This document shows positions 9,225 to 18,459 of a stretch of DNA of 64,000 nt, piece by piece. Both the position numbers and the translations under genes were made by a program. This DNA is from an uncultured virus (IMG/VR IMGVR_UViG_3300027861_004722) (lineage: Duplodnaviria; Heunggongvirae; Uroviricota; Caudoviricetes): the IMG/VR virus record IMGVR_UViG_3300027861_004722; one strand, given 5' to 3'. Each line of letters opens with the position of its first letter. Positions within the stretch are counted from its first letter, which is position 1. A model generated the notes under the pieces. It did no database searches and was not told the DNA's origin. It worked only from the letters and a program-made list of their open reading frames with translations.

Positions 9225-10208
9225 TTAAGGCTTAAAGTTCCCCAACTCTAGCTCCTCCAAATACTGGACAGGGGCTAGCAGAATCTCCTCTTTATGGGGG
9301 GCATACCTAACTAAGCTCTTAACGTCTTCAAATCCTACTGACAAAAAAGGAGCTTGGTATTTATGCGTCATATCATAAAGACCTCTACCAACATCTGTAA
9401 ACGCACGGGAGAATCTTATCTGCGGTCCTGTATTATACCGCGTGACTTCAGTCAGAGCAGCATCACTCCAATTTCTGTGAGGAAGCTCTCCAAATCTATC
9501 CCAAATAAGCTCCAAAACCTCACTATTGGCAATACCATTGGCAATTCCTGCATGTAAATCCGGTGTGTGCACATCCTGTAATACTAGAGAGCATAAAAAA
9601 CCGCAATTATTCATGGAAGCACAGCTAACCATCAGCTCAGTATCAAAATTATCTTGCACAAAAATATAATCATCCTCTACAAAAATATAGTAATCAAATC
9701 TATCTCTATACTTTTCGTAAACATGGGAATAAGAACCATAGCTTTGACCAAGATTTTCTCTACGTAACACATAAACCAGCGCTGTGCCCATCCTTCTAGG
9801 TATCTCTTCCAGTAACTCCGTAAATTCTTTCGGCTCATCCGGGTTATTGGGGACAACGATGGTGATTTGATCTAAATTATGGGCTAGTTTCTCTAAGGAT
9901 TTTAGCTGCGCCTTTAAATAATAAGCCCGGTCCTCAATATATGGGCCAAAGCCATCACGCCTAAGCCCGGACCAACCAGCTATAACGCAGTTTATGCTAG
10001 GCTTTTTGTTCTTAAATTGCCTTCTTACCCAATTTTGATAGAGAATATCTTTTTCGGATAATCTACCTCCGCCCCTCCTACCCTCCCGAGCACCCCACCT
10101 TCGATAATGCATCCACCCATTGTCAAAATGGCCATGCTTAATAGCACTTGCTATATCACTATGCAGGCTTTTATAGCATTCATCGTCCCAGTAAGGAGGC
10201 ATTAACAT
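9225..10208 (-). CDS. Putative GT-A fold glycosyltransferase
   Basis: RENLGQSYGSY and YDYYIFVEDD-like motif; lies in the glycosylation cluster. Confidence 0.6.
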   Translation of the reverse strand: MLMPPYWDDECYKSLHSDIASAIKHGHFDNGWMHYRRWGAREGRRGGGRLSEKDILYQNWVRRQFKNKKPSINCVIAGWSGLRRDGFGPYIEDRAYYLKAQLKSLEKLAHNLDQITIVVPNNPDEPKEFTELLEEIPRRMGTALVYVLRRENLGQSYGSYSHVYEKYRDRFDYYIFVEDDYIFVQDNFDTELMVSCASMNNCGFLCSLVLQDVHTPDLHAGIANGIANSEVLELIWDRFGELPHRNWSDAALTEVTRYNTGPQIRFSRAFTDVGRGLYDMTHKYQAPFLSVGFEDVKSLVRYAPHKEEILLAPVQYLEELELGNFKP

Positions 10209-10214
10209 TAAAAT

Positions 10215-10243
10215 AATGTACTACTAAAACTGCTATTTGTCAA
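10215..10243 (-). promoter_or_regulatory. Sigma70-type promoter for 9225..10208 (likely leaderless)
   Basis: Minus strand TTGACA-17 nt-TACATT-6 nt-ATG. Confidence 0.65.
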
Positions 10244-10284
10244 CTATTGTCTTGCAGTTCAAAACTTTAGTTGCATAATATAGT

Positions 10285-10929
10285 ATGCTTTCCATTATCA
10301 TATGCTGCAACGACAAAGAGCAATACAACGAGTTCTGCTACCCAGCCCTCTATCGAACAGATCAGCTATTACGGATGCTGGGCCAAGATCCCCTAGACAT
10401 CCAGCTAATATATAATGTTGAAACTATTTTCAAGGGAAACAACGAAGGAATAGAGAAAGCCAAATACCCAATCAAAGTATTTATGCACCAAGACGTGAAT
10501 CTACTGCAAACAACTTGGCTAATGAAAATAGTAAAAGCTTTCGCAGAGAACCCAGAATACGGACTTCTCGGTTTTTGCGGGACAAAAAAATTGCCTGCTC
10601 GCGGCTTTTGGTGGGAGGAAGGCAAGGAGCATCTTATTGGGGAACTATACTCAGGCAAAGAAAGGGCTCCCTGGGTATTCAATCGGGTCACAGAACTTAC
10701 AGAAGCGGAATGCATAGATAGCTACTTCATGGTAACTAATCGAGATGTTCTTTTTGACCCAAGCCTTCCAGGATTTCATCTAGTTGATATGGACTACAGT
10801 AGAACTTTTTCATCTTTAGGGTATAAAATAGGGGTGGTGCCACACAAAGCATGGCATATTGGAACCATTAGAGACCAAGATACCACCAAGTATCTTGAAG
10901 CTCATTATGAGAAATGGGAGAAAAAATGA
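10285..10929 (+). CDS. Glycosyltransferase family 2-like protein
   Basis: MLSIIICCND, VFMHQDV, FHLVDMD pattern. Confidence 0.75.
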   Translation: MLSIIICCNDKEQYNEFCYPALYRTDQLLRMLGQDPLDIQLIYNVETIFKGNNEGIEKAKYPIKVFMHQDVNLLQTTWLMKIVKAFAENPEYGLLGFCGTKKLPARGFWWEEGKEHLIGELYSGKERAPWVFNRVTELTEAECIDSYFMVTNRDVLFDPSLPGFHLVDMDYSRTFSSLGYKIGVVPHKAWHIGTIRDQDTTKYLEAHYEKWEKK

Positions 10930-11354
10930 CAAAAGCCTCAACCACTAGGTTGTTAGCATCAATTACTGGTCCAGATACCCATATGGAGATGGGTATACCT
11001 GCCGGAGAGTGGTTTCTAACTTTGATAGGTAATGTAGATTTTTTAAGCACAGACAAGTCCTCCTGTGAGCTAACATTTCAAGGACCTGCAGGACCCACGA
11101 CTTCCAATATTTTTTACTCGCCTGGAGCCACTATCTCCATACCCTTCACTATGCACCTAACTACTACTATAAAAGGATTCTTCGACCTAGTAACCCTTGA
11201 CATAGATAATACAACAGGAGGCAAATCGATAATTAGCGATATCACTCTTATTGGCTCACAACTAGATACTGGCCTAGCAGATCTTCTTTCTAATAAATGT
11301 AAATGCACAGCAGCTAAATTATTCAATCAAGGCTGTCAGTGCGGAGGAAAATAA
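10926..11354 (+). CDS. Hypothetical protein with C-terminal CxC-x8-GCxCGG motif
   Basis: ATGA overlap with the upstream gene; ends CKCTAAKLFNQGCQCGGK. Confidence 0.6.
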   Translation: MTKASTTRLLASITGPDTHMEMGIPAGEWFLTLIGNVDFLSTDKSSCELTFQGPAGPTTSNIFYSPGATISIPFTMHLTTTIKGFFDLVTLDIDNTTGGKSIISDITLIGSQLDTGLADLLSNKCKCTAAKLFNQGCQCGGK

Positions 11355-11355
11355 T

Positions 11356-12522
11356 ATGACAAGCACAGAACGAAATGTACCCCTATTCAAAGTATTCATG
11401 GCACCAACCGCTGCGCCTGAAGTCACTAAAGTTCTAAACAGCGGATATATTGGACAAGGCCCCAAAGTCGAAGAGCTAGAGTCAGATCTTCGTGATTACT
11501 TCAATCATGATTACTGCGTTACACTTAACTCAGCAACGTCAGGTTTACATCTTGCACTACAGCTCCTAAAGAAGCCTTTTAAGTCAAGGTCCTCTGTATG
11601 GGCTGGCCTAGAAGATGGCGATGAAGTTCTTTCTACACCGCTAACATGCACAGCAACTTCATTTCCTATTTTAGCAAACAACCTAAAAATCAAATGGGTT
11701 GATGTAGATCCTAAAACAATGAATATGGATCTTGATGATCTTGCTCGCAAAATAACACCAAAAACAAAAGTCATAATGCTTGTTCATTGGGGCGGGATGC
11801 CTCTAGATCTTGACAAGGTAAAAGAAATTCAGAACAAAGCGCAGGCTATGTTCGGTTTCAAGCCTGCAGTCATAGAAGACTGTGCCCACAGTTTCGGATC
11901 AATGTATAAAGGCAAAAAGATCGGAACACACGGTAACATCTGCGTGTTTAGCCTACAAGCTATCAAACACATCACGTCTATTGATGGCGGTGTTATGATT
12001 TTGCCGCACCCAGAACTATACAAACGAGCCAAGTTGCTCCGTTGGTATGGCATTGACCGTGAGTCCGACAGAAAAGACTTCCGGTGTGAGGCTGACATCC
12101 CTGAGTGGGGCTTTAAGTTTCATATGAATGATGTCTGTGCCACTGTAGGTATTGAAAACTTGAAACATGTTAACGATATCGTTGAGAAACACACATCAAA
12201 CGCAGCTTTCTACGATGAAAAGCTAGCAAACGTTGCTGGCGTCACCATGCTGCAGCGTAATAATTATCATAACTCTGCCTTCTGGCTATACACGATGTGT
12301 GTTGAGCGCCGAGACGAGTTCATCGCCAAAATGAAAGAGCATGGCATAGCTGCCAGCCGCGTTCACGAACGCAATGACAAGCACACCTGCGTCCAAGAGT
12401 TTGTTTCAATCCTTCCAAACCTTGAAAAAGTTGTTACTGATATGGTCTGCATTCCTGGAGGTTGGTGGGTAACTGAAGAAGATCGCCAATATGTAGTAGA
12501 TTGTATTAAGAAAGGCTGGTAA
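11356..12522 (+). CDS. DegT/DnrJ/EryC1/StrS family PLP-dependent sugar aminotransferase
   Basis: NSATSGLHLAL, VHWGG, IEDCAHSFG, FSLQAIKHITSIDGG. Confidence 0.93.
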   Translation: MTSTERNVPLFKVFMAPTAAPEVTKVLNSGYIGQGPKVEELESDLRDYFNHDYCVTLNSATSGLHLALQLLKKPFKSRSSVWAGLEDGDEVLSTPLTCTATSFPILANNLKIKWVDVDPKTMNMDLDDLARKITPKTKVIMLVHWGGMPLDLDKVKEIQNKAQAMFGFKPAVIEDCAHSFGSMYKGKKIGTHGNICVFSLQAIKHITSIDGGVMILPHPELYKRAKLLRWYGIDRESDRKDFRCEADIPEWGFKFHMNDVCATVGIENLKHVNDIVEKHTSNAAFYDEKLANVAGVTMLQRNNYHNSAFWLYTMCVERRDEFIAKMKEHGIAASRVHERNDKHTCVQEFVSILPNLEKVVTDMVCIPGGWWVTEEDRQYVVDCIKKGW

Positions 12523-12523
12523 T

Positions 12524-13123
12524 ATGTCCCAAAGTTTTTTCTACCATCATAAAAATGGTATTTCGCTACGAAAGTTAGCCCCATTAGATCTGCCAGCTTT
12601 GCGTGATTTGAAAGATGAGTCTTGGTTTGGAACAGTTAATACAGCTTGCCTGAATATGCAAGACCAAGCAGCTTGGTTTGAAAAAGTATCAAAAGATAAA
12701 TCTAGCCTATACTTAATTGCTCACGCTATCAAAGGAATTTCAGTCCCCGTTGGGCTTTATGGGTTCACTGATATCAATCCCGTTAATAGAACCTGCTCTT
12801 TTACTCACAGTGTCTACAAACACTCCCGAGGTAAAGGCTTAGGCAAAGAAACGCTTCAAGCAGGAATTGATCTAACTTTTGAAGTCTTTAATATGAGACG
12901 AATTGATACTTGGATTCTAGAGAACAACATAGCAGAGCTAAAAACCTCCCAAAGCGTTGGATTTCAAATAGAGGGGACTGCACGCCAAGCGGTTTATAAG
13001 TGTGGCCAATACTTAGACTGCCACTATCTCGGTCTTCTTCGTGAAGAATGGGAATCCTCTGGCAGAGTAAAAAAATATAAGGGATCTTGCAATACAAGCT
13101 ACCAACCAAAGGATAAACCATGA
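12524..13123 (+). CDS. GNAT (RimJ/RimL, PseH-like) N-acetyltransferase
   Basis: RGKGLGK acetyl-CoA motif, GFQIEG..RQ, LGLLREEW; follows the aminotransferase. Confidence 0.8.
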   Translation: MSQSFFYHHKNGISLRKLAPLDLPALRDLKDESWFGTVNTACLNMQDQAAWFEKVSKDKSSLYLIAHAIKGISVPVGLYGFTDINPVNRTCSFTHSVYKHSRGKGLGKETLQAGIDLTFEVFNMRRIDTWILENNIAELKTSQSVGFQIEGTARQAVYKCGQYLDCHYLGLLREEWESSGRVKKYKGSCNTSYQPKDKP

Positions 13124-14679
13124 TAACAGCATGCACCGTAATACTTCCTGGGATGGAGAATATCTTAGAGTGCATGCTCCAGTCTTTAGAAGAAAAGGCT
13201 AGTTCCATAACCAGGGTTGTAGTTGCGATCAAAACCGATGAGCCTATACAAACGCAAGAGATTCGAGATGGGTTTGTCGTAGACTATATTTCATTCAACT
13301 GGAAACTACCAGATCCGGCATACGCGGAAGGCTATTGCCATGCAATAGGCCTTCACGCAGCATTGCAGCATGTGGATACTGAGTATGTAATGCTAGTAGA
13401 ACCAGATGTGGTTTTTTACTTAAAAGATTTTGATAGCTTATATATGCAGACTTATGAAAAGTATGATCTGGGCATTATTGGAGTAAGCAGAATAGCAGAT
13501 CCTAGGGGCAATACTTTTTTCCAAAAAACATGTTTCGGGGCTTTCCCTGGAATAGTAGCTGCTATGACTAAAACAAAAGCACTTCCAGGCAGTGATTTCC
13601 TTAAAGGACACCTAAAACTTAGACCAAATGTTGTCAATGTAAACAGTAAAGAGGATAATTATTTTCCAATGTATGGTAAATGGTTACTACAGACCCCGAT
13701 ACCAGAATTCGTAGATGAGTTTCCAAACCCCAAAGGGGTTTTTGATCCTGGCTGCAACCTATGGCTGTGGTTTAGGGATAAGCGCTGGCTTTCCTTCCAC
13801 CAAAAGGATAACCAACCCTTGACGGCTACATGCAACGCGTCTACTTATAATAAAAACAATTTTGACCTTCCAGAAGATACCCTCGGAAATGAGCCACTCC
13901 TTTTCCACTCAGGCCATGGCCACGCTGATTTACTATTCAAGGCTCTGGAGAATGCCACAGGAAGAAGCATTCCAACAACAGAAAATTTATGTAGCTGTGT
14001 CGTCTGCAAAAGAAAAGGTAGGAACAGGGCACCCACCCCAAAAACCACAAGTCTTGTGTCTTTGGCAAAATACTACCCAACGGATAAGCTCGCACATGGA
14101 TTTTTAGATGTTTATGAGACGTATTTTAAAGATATACAAGCAAGTAAAATGCTAGAAATAGGGCTATACAAAGGACAATCACATCTACTATGGAAAGAAT
14201 ACTTCCCCAAGGCAGAAATACATGCGATTGATAATCTAGAACTAGACGTCTCAAAAGAAACAGCGAAGGCCCTTAAGGACGAAATACATATCTCCTATGC
14301 TGATCAAGGTAACAGACAAAGCTTAAGAAATTTCATTGGTAAGATGGGCGGTGATTTTGACATTATTATTGATGATGGTGGGCATTTAATGCACCAACAG
14401 CAGATAAGTCTGTCAGTATTACTGCAGTATGTTAAAAGTGGGGGGCTATACATAATAGAAGACTTGCACACATCCTTTATGCGGAGTTCAGGCATAAACA
14501 ATTCACAAAGTAATATTACCTATAAAATTCTTAAGCAGTTCTTAGAAACAGGTAAAATAGATAGCCCCCACCTTACCTCAGCCGAATCCAATGCCCTAGA
14601 AAAGACAATAAAGACCTGCAAAATATTCCATACAAACCCTAATAACGGAAGCATAGTAGCAATAATAGAGAAGGTATAA
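13120..14679 (+). CDS. Fusion of glycosyltransferase-like domain and class I SAM methyltransferase
   Basis: N-terminal TEYVMLVEPDV; C-terminal TDK..HGF, MLEIGL, FDIIIDDGGH, GGLYIIEDL. Confidence 0.75.
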   Translation: MITACTVILPGMENILECMLQSLEEKASSITRVVVAIKTDEPIQTQEIRDGFVVDYISFNWKLPDPAYAEGYCHAIGLHAALQHVDTEYVMLVEPDVVFYLKDFDSLYMQTYEKYDLGIIGVSRIADPRGNTFFQKTCFGAFPGIVAAMTKTKALPGSDFLKGHLKLRPNVVNVNSKEDNYFPMYGKWLLQTPIPEFVDEFPNPKGVFDPGCNLWLWFRDKRWLSFHQKDNQPLTATCNASTYNKNNFDLPEDTLGNEPLLFHSGHGHADLLFKALENATGRSIPTTENLCSCVVCKRKGRNRAPTPKTTSLVSLAKYYPTDKLAHGFLDVYETYFKDIQASKMLEIGLYKGQSHLLWKEYFPKAEIHAIDNLELDVSKETAKALKDEIHISYADQGNRQSLRNFIGKMGGDFDIIIDDGGHLMHQQQISLSVLLQYVKSGGLYIIEDLHTSFMRSSGINNSQSNITYKILKQFLETGKIDSPHLTSAESNALEKTIKTCKIFHTNPNNGSIVAIIEKV

Positions 14680-14751
14680 GGAAACCCGCGTAACCTTCTT
14701 AACAAAGGCTCTTTCAAAACTATAAAAATGTGCTACATTGAAGCTTAATCC

Positions 14752-15435
14752 ATGAAAGATACCAAGTATAGAGACCCAGGAGCGCCCTACATTATGATTT
14801 GGGTACCCAAATCAGCAGGTAGCTCTCTATTTGCAGAGATCGCCACAGTTGACCCTAGTTTACAAGGGTTTTATAATATACCACTTGCTATATATAAAAA
14901 ATACACAATGAAGAATGGGGTAACCTTTGGGCATTCCTCATTAGAGGCATTAACAAAAGAGGGGATTATCACCGAAGAATTTGTAGCCCAGACCTTTAAA
15001 TTCTGTTTTGTTCGTAACCCTTGGGACCGCTTAGTATCTCTCTACTTCTACTCGGGATTAAATAAAACAATTCTATTCGAAGACCTATGCCACTTACTAC
15101 ATCAGTACTGGGATACGATCATACCCCCTCTCGGATGGTATAATGTAGCTAAATTCAGACACCCAGATCTGCAGCATATAGATGGAAATCAATTACATCC
15201 TATGTGCGCTTGGATCCCAGATGATGTCCAATTCATTGGCCGCTTTGAAAACTTAGAGCAAGATAGGGAAGAGCTATTTTCTCGGCTAAGATTGCCAGTG
15301 CCCGAAAGACAGTGGAAACTCAAATCAGAAAATAAGCCCTTCCAAGAGTACTATTCCAAAGAAACAAAAGACTTAGTAGCTGGCCTATACAAAACAGATA
15401 TTGAGCGATTTAACTATTCATTTGATGGGAACTAA
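14752..15435 (+). CDS. Sulfotransferase family 2 protein
   Basis: PAPS motifs VPKSAGSS and FVRNPWDRLVSLY; FIGRFENL; D..RFNY.F. Confidence 0.85.
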   Translation: MKDTKYRDPGAPYIMIWVPKSAGSSLFAEIATVDPSLQGFYNIPLAIYKKYTMKNGVTFGHSSLEALTKEGIITEEFVAQTFKFCFVRNPWDRLVSLYFYSGLNKTILFEDLCHLLHQYWDTIIPPLGWYNVAKFRHPDLQHIDGNQLHPMCAWIPDDVQFIGRFENLEQDREELFSRLRLPVPERQWKLKSENKPFQEYYSKETKDLVAGLYKTDIERFNYSFDGN

Positions 15436-15436
15436 T

Positions 15437-15664
15437 ATGAAACTAGAAAAAAGAGTTGCGGAGCTAGAAACCGAGGTCAAGCTGCTAAAAGAGCTAGTAA
15501 TGGCCTTAGTTAGTAAGCCAGCTTACCCCGAACGCACAGGCCCAGCCTATGCTCCCACAGTGAAAGCAGCTGACTTATGTGGCTGCCCAAAAATGACCGG
15601 AGCACATTATCGAGGGTCAGGTTGTCTCGATAGCTGGGTCACTTGCGGCGACTTCCCTCTTTAG
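15437..15664 (+). CDS. Small hypothetical coiled-coil protein
   Basis: MKLEKRVAELETEVKLLKE; in the gene string. Confidence 0.5.
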   Translation: MKLEKRVAELETEVKLLKELVMALVSKPAYPERTGPAYAPTVKAADLCGCPKMTGAHYRGSGCLDSWVTCGDFPL

Positions 15665-16191
15665 TGGAAACCATAATTGCAGTTACTGGACACCGCCCAG
15701 GCAAACTAAATAAAGAATATGACTACATAGGACCTTATTCGGATTACCTTCGAAAGAGGATAAAGAAGGTTCTACTCGATAGGCAGCCAGTGAGAACTAT
15801 ATCTGGCATGGCACTAGGGGTAGATACTATTTTTGCACAAGTATCCCTAGAACTAAAAATACCTCTTTTAGCAGCTATACCATTTATTGGCCAGGAATCC
15901 CAATGGCCACAAAAATCCCAAGATCTGTATAACAGAATTCTAAATCACCCATTGGTTACTTCTCATATTGTTTGCGAAGGCCCCTATAACTCAGCTAAGA
16001 TGCAAATACGTAATGAGTTCATGGTAGATGAAGCTAGCCTACTGATAGCATGCTGGAATGGGACACTCGGAGGAACTATGAATTGCGTCCGGTATGCTGA
16101 AAAACAAAAAAACAAAGAGATTTTTTACATAAATCCAGAAGGCTGGAAAATAGACCAAGCTCAGATTGATCCACAGCCACAACTTTTTTAA
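15664..16191 (+). CDS. SLOG / YspA (DUF1273)-like protein
   Basis: IAVTGHRP, SGMALGVD, MQIRNEFMVD, GGTMNCVRYA; GTG start overlaps the upstream TAG. Confidence 0.85.
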   Translation: METIIAVTGHRPGKLNKEYDYIGPYSDYLRKRIKKVLLDRQPVRTISGMALGVDTIFAQVSLELKIPLLAAIPFIGQESQWPQKSQDLYNRILNHPLVTSHIVCEGPYNSAKMQIRNEFMVDEASLLIACWNGTLGGTMNCVRYAEKQKNKEIFYINPEGWKIDQAQIDPQPQLF

Positions 16192-16257
16192 CTTCATATT
16201 TACCCACCTCTTGAAAAGTAAAATATTCACGCTACTCTTTGTTTTAAGGAATTAAAA

Positions 16258-17253
16258 ATGGACCAAACACCTCTTAAAGACATACCGCAGGAAAAAGACT
16301 ACCCAATCGCACATCTTCTTCGGGTAGAGAATTTAGAACTTAAAGACACCAAAAAAGGGGATAAGCAGTATCTCTCCTTTACTCTCTCAGATTCCACAGC
16401 CAGCCTAAAGTGGTGCAAAAAGTGGGATGCAGATCAAGATGTTTATGAGAGATATAAAAAATCCAAAGTTCTTTTCGTTACAGGAAAGACAGATGTCTAC
16501 AAAGATAATCTATCCGTAGTCTGTGATTCTTTAGCCCTACCAGACGATGAGGTAGACACTGAGTTCTTATTGGATCAATTACTGCCAAAATCCTCCTATG
16601 ATGTAGATTTCTTAAAGAAAGAGTTGTGGGGCTTTATAAAGGCAATAGAAAACCCGCACATTAAAGAACTGTGCTTTGAGTTTATCAAAGATCCTGAAGT
16701 TAAGGCTAAGTTAGCCACCTCGGTAGCTGCGGTGAGCGTGCACCACCCATACAAAGCTGGCCTGATAACCCATATCGTAAGGTTAATATACTTAGCTACT
16801 TCAGTAGCTGATACCTACAACAAATTCATGTATCCCGATGGTAAATACAAAGTTAACAAAGACATCCTAGTCTTCTTAAGCCTTGTCCACGATCTCTACA
16901 AAATCAGAGAATATGATGGTATGGAATACTCCGACAATGGAAACCTGGTGCCACACCTACCTCTAGGGGCAATACAAGCCAATCGTCTTATGGATAAACT
17001 AGATGACTTCCCCGAAGAGCTTAGAACTCAACTAACTCACGGATTGCTAGCTCACCACGGGCAAGTTGCTTGGGGAAGCCCTGTAGTGCCTTGCACTGTA
17101 GAAGCTGTTATTTTCCACTTCTGCGATAATATGGGCGCTAAGGTCGATCCAATGCTTGAAGCTCTTGATAAGCTCCCCGAAGGGGAGGTCTGGACTGGCT
17201 GGCTTAAGGGCATCGGTAAGAAAGCTTACATGGGTGGTATGTTAGTGGAGTAG
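16258..17253 (+). CDS. yhaM: YhaM/Cbf1-like 3'-5' exoribonuclease (OB fold + HD domain)
   Basis: N-terminal OB-like region, HHPYKAGLITH, HDLYK, AHHG..WGSPV.P, FCDNM.AK. Confidence 0.85.
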   Translation: MDQTPLKDIPQEKDYPIAHLLRVENLELKDTKKGDKQYLSFTLSDSTASLKWCKKWDADQDVYERYKKSKVLFVTGKTDVYKDNLSVVCDSLALPDDEVDTEFLLDQLLPKSSYDVDFLKKELWGFIKAIENPHIKELCFEFIKDPEVKAKLATSVAAVSVHHPYKAGLITHIVRLIYLATSVADTYNKFMYPDGKYKVNKDILVFLSLVHDLYKIREYDGMEYSDNGNLVPHLPLGAIQANRLMDKLDDFPEELRTQLTHGLLAHHGQVAWGSPVVPCTVEAVIFHFCDNMGAKVDPMLEALDKLPEGEVWTGWLKGIGKKAYMGGMLVE

Positions 17254-17310
17254 TGCCCAACCACGGGACTTACACCAATAATTTTAACACTCTTATAGAA
17301 GAGGTTACCT

Positions 17311-17766
17311 ATGAAACTATTCAAATACATAAATGAAAGTCGGGAGGCACTTATTAAGTCTTTACGGCATCTAGAGGAACTGCCGAAGTTTCATCAAGCT
17401 AGTGTTGTAAGTTCAGTATCCCTAGCAATAAAAGAACTAGATTCTATAGAAGAGTCAATCCCCAAGGATACTGACTCAAAAGGTAATAAATTGATGGTAC
17501 TACGTCTAGCTCCTGAAGCAATCAAAGGCACAAAAATAAGTGGATATTTAGAAACTTTTAAGCTACCTACGACAATTCCAGATATTGCTCGGGAGGTCGA
17601 GGATAAATACGGAGGCGGTAAATTTCAGATCCGCGTCGTTGATGCTTTCGGCAAGTATGTAAAGTCTAAGACTTTCGAGATCGCAGGATTTCCTAAAATA
17701 CCCGGGCAAGAAGTAGAACCACCGGAAGGCTATCCGACCAGTAACTATAACGGATCAAATCTATGA
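17311..17766 (+). CDS. Hypothetical protein
   Basis: 151 aa ORF with GAGG RBS. Confidence 0.55.
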   Translation: MKLFKYINESREALIKSLRHLEELPKFHQASVVSSVSLAIKELDSIEESIPKDTDSKGNKLMVLRLAPEAIKGTKISGYLETFKLPTTIPDIAREVEDKYGGGKFQIRVVDAFGKYVKSKTFEIAGFPKIPGQEVEPPEGYPTSNYNGSNL

Positions 17767-18230
17767 AAGAAACAATCCCCTCCTTTGATGAGATGTTTAT
17801 AGAAACAGCACGTCTATGGGCTAGGAAATCAAAAGATAAAAACACCAAAATAGGGGCGTGCATTGCTGGCCCCGATAATGAACTCATAAGCGTAGGCTAT
17901 AACTCTTTTCCACGAGGGATAGATGATACTGTCCCAGAGCGTTTCGACCGACCCGAGAAGTATTTCTGGTTCGAACACGGTGAGCGGAACGCAATACTAC
18001 AAGCAGCAAGAGGATCCGTGGCACTAAAAGGCTGCCGCATGTTTGTAAGTTGCTGGGTGCCGTGCACTGATTGTGCTAGATCTATTATACAAGTAGGTAT
18101 TGTGGAAGTAGTTATGGGCCAAAAAATGGAAGACGCTTCCCGTAAGAAATGGGTTGAAGACGCAAAACGTTCAGAACAGATGTTCAAAGAAGCAGGAGTA
18201 AAGCTACGGCTTTATCAAGAAAATGACTGA
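17763..18230 (+). CDS. dCMP deaminase (ComEB-like)
   Basis: SKD..TKIGACI, GYNSFPRG, HGERNAI, PCTDC zinc motif. Confidence 0.92.
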   Translation: MKETIPSFDEMFIETARLWARKSKDKNTKIGACIAGPDNELISVGYNSFPRGIDDTVPERFDRPEKYFWFEHGERNAILQAARGSVALKGCRMFVSCWVPCTDCARSIIQVGIVEVVMGQKMEDASRKKWVEDAKRSEQMFKEAGVKLRLYQEND

Positions 18231-18423
18231 TCCGATAGCTAATTTTGATGATCACCGTAAATGGTGCAAACAATGCGACAGATTTCCAATTTCACCTGCT
18301 TGCTACAACGGCGCGAAATTACTAAATCCAAAATTAGAGCAGACCCAGACCCTCCACGAGTATCGAGAGCATAATAGGCTTTGGAAGCATAAATTTATAG
18401 ATCAAGATGAGTGGAAATCCTAA
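18223..18423 (+). CDS. Small hypothetical protein
   Basis: 66 aa, overlaps the upstream stop; H...CxxC...C. Confidence 0.45.
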   Translation: MTDPIANFDDHRKWCKQCDRFPISPACYNGAKLLNPKLEQTQTLHEYREHNRLWKHKFIDQDEWKS

Positions 18424-18459
18424 AGTTGATTCAATCTGTTTTCTAGGTACCATTACCAT

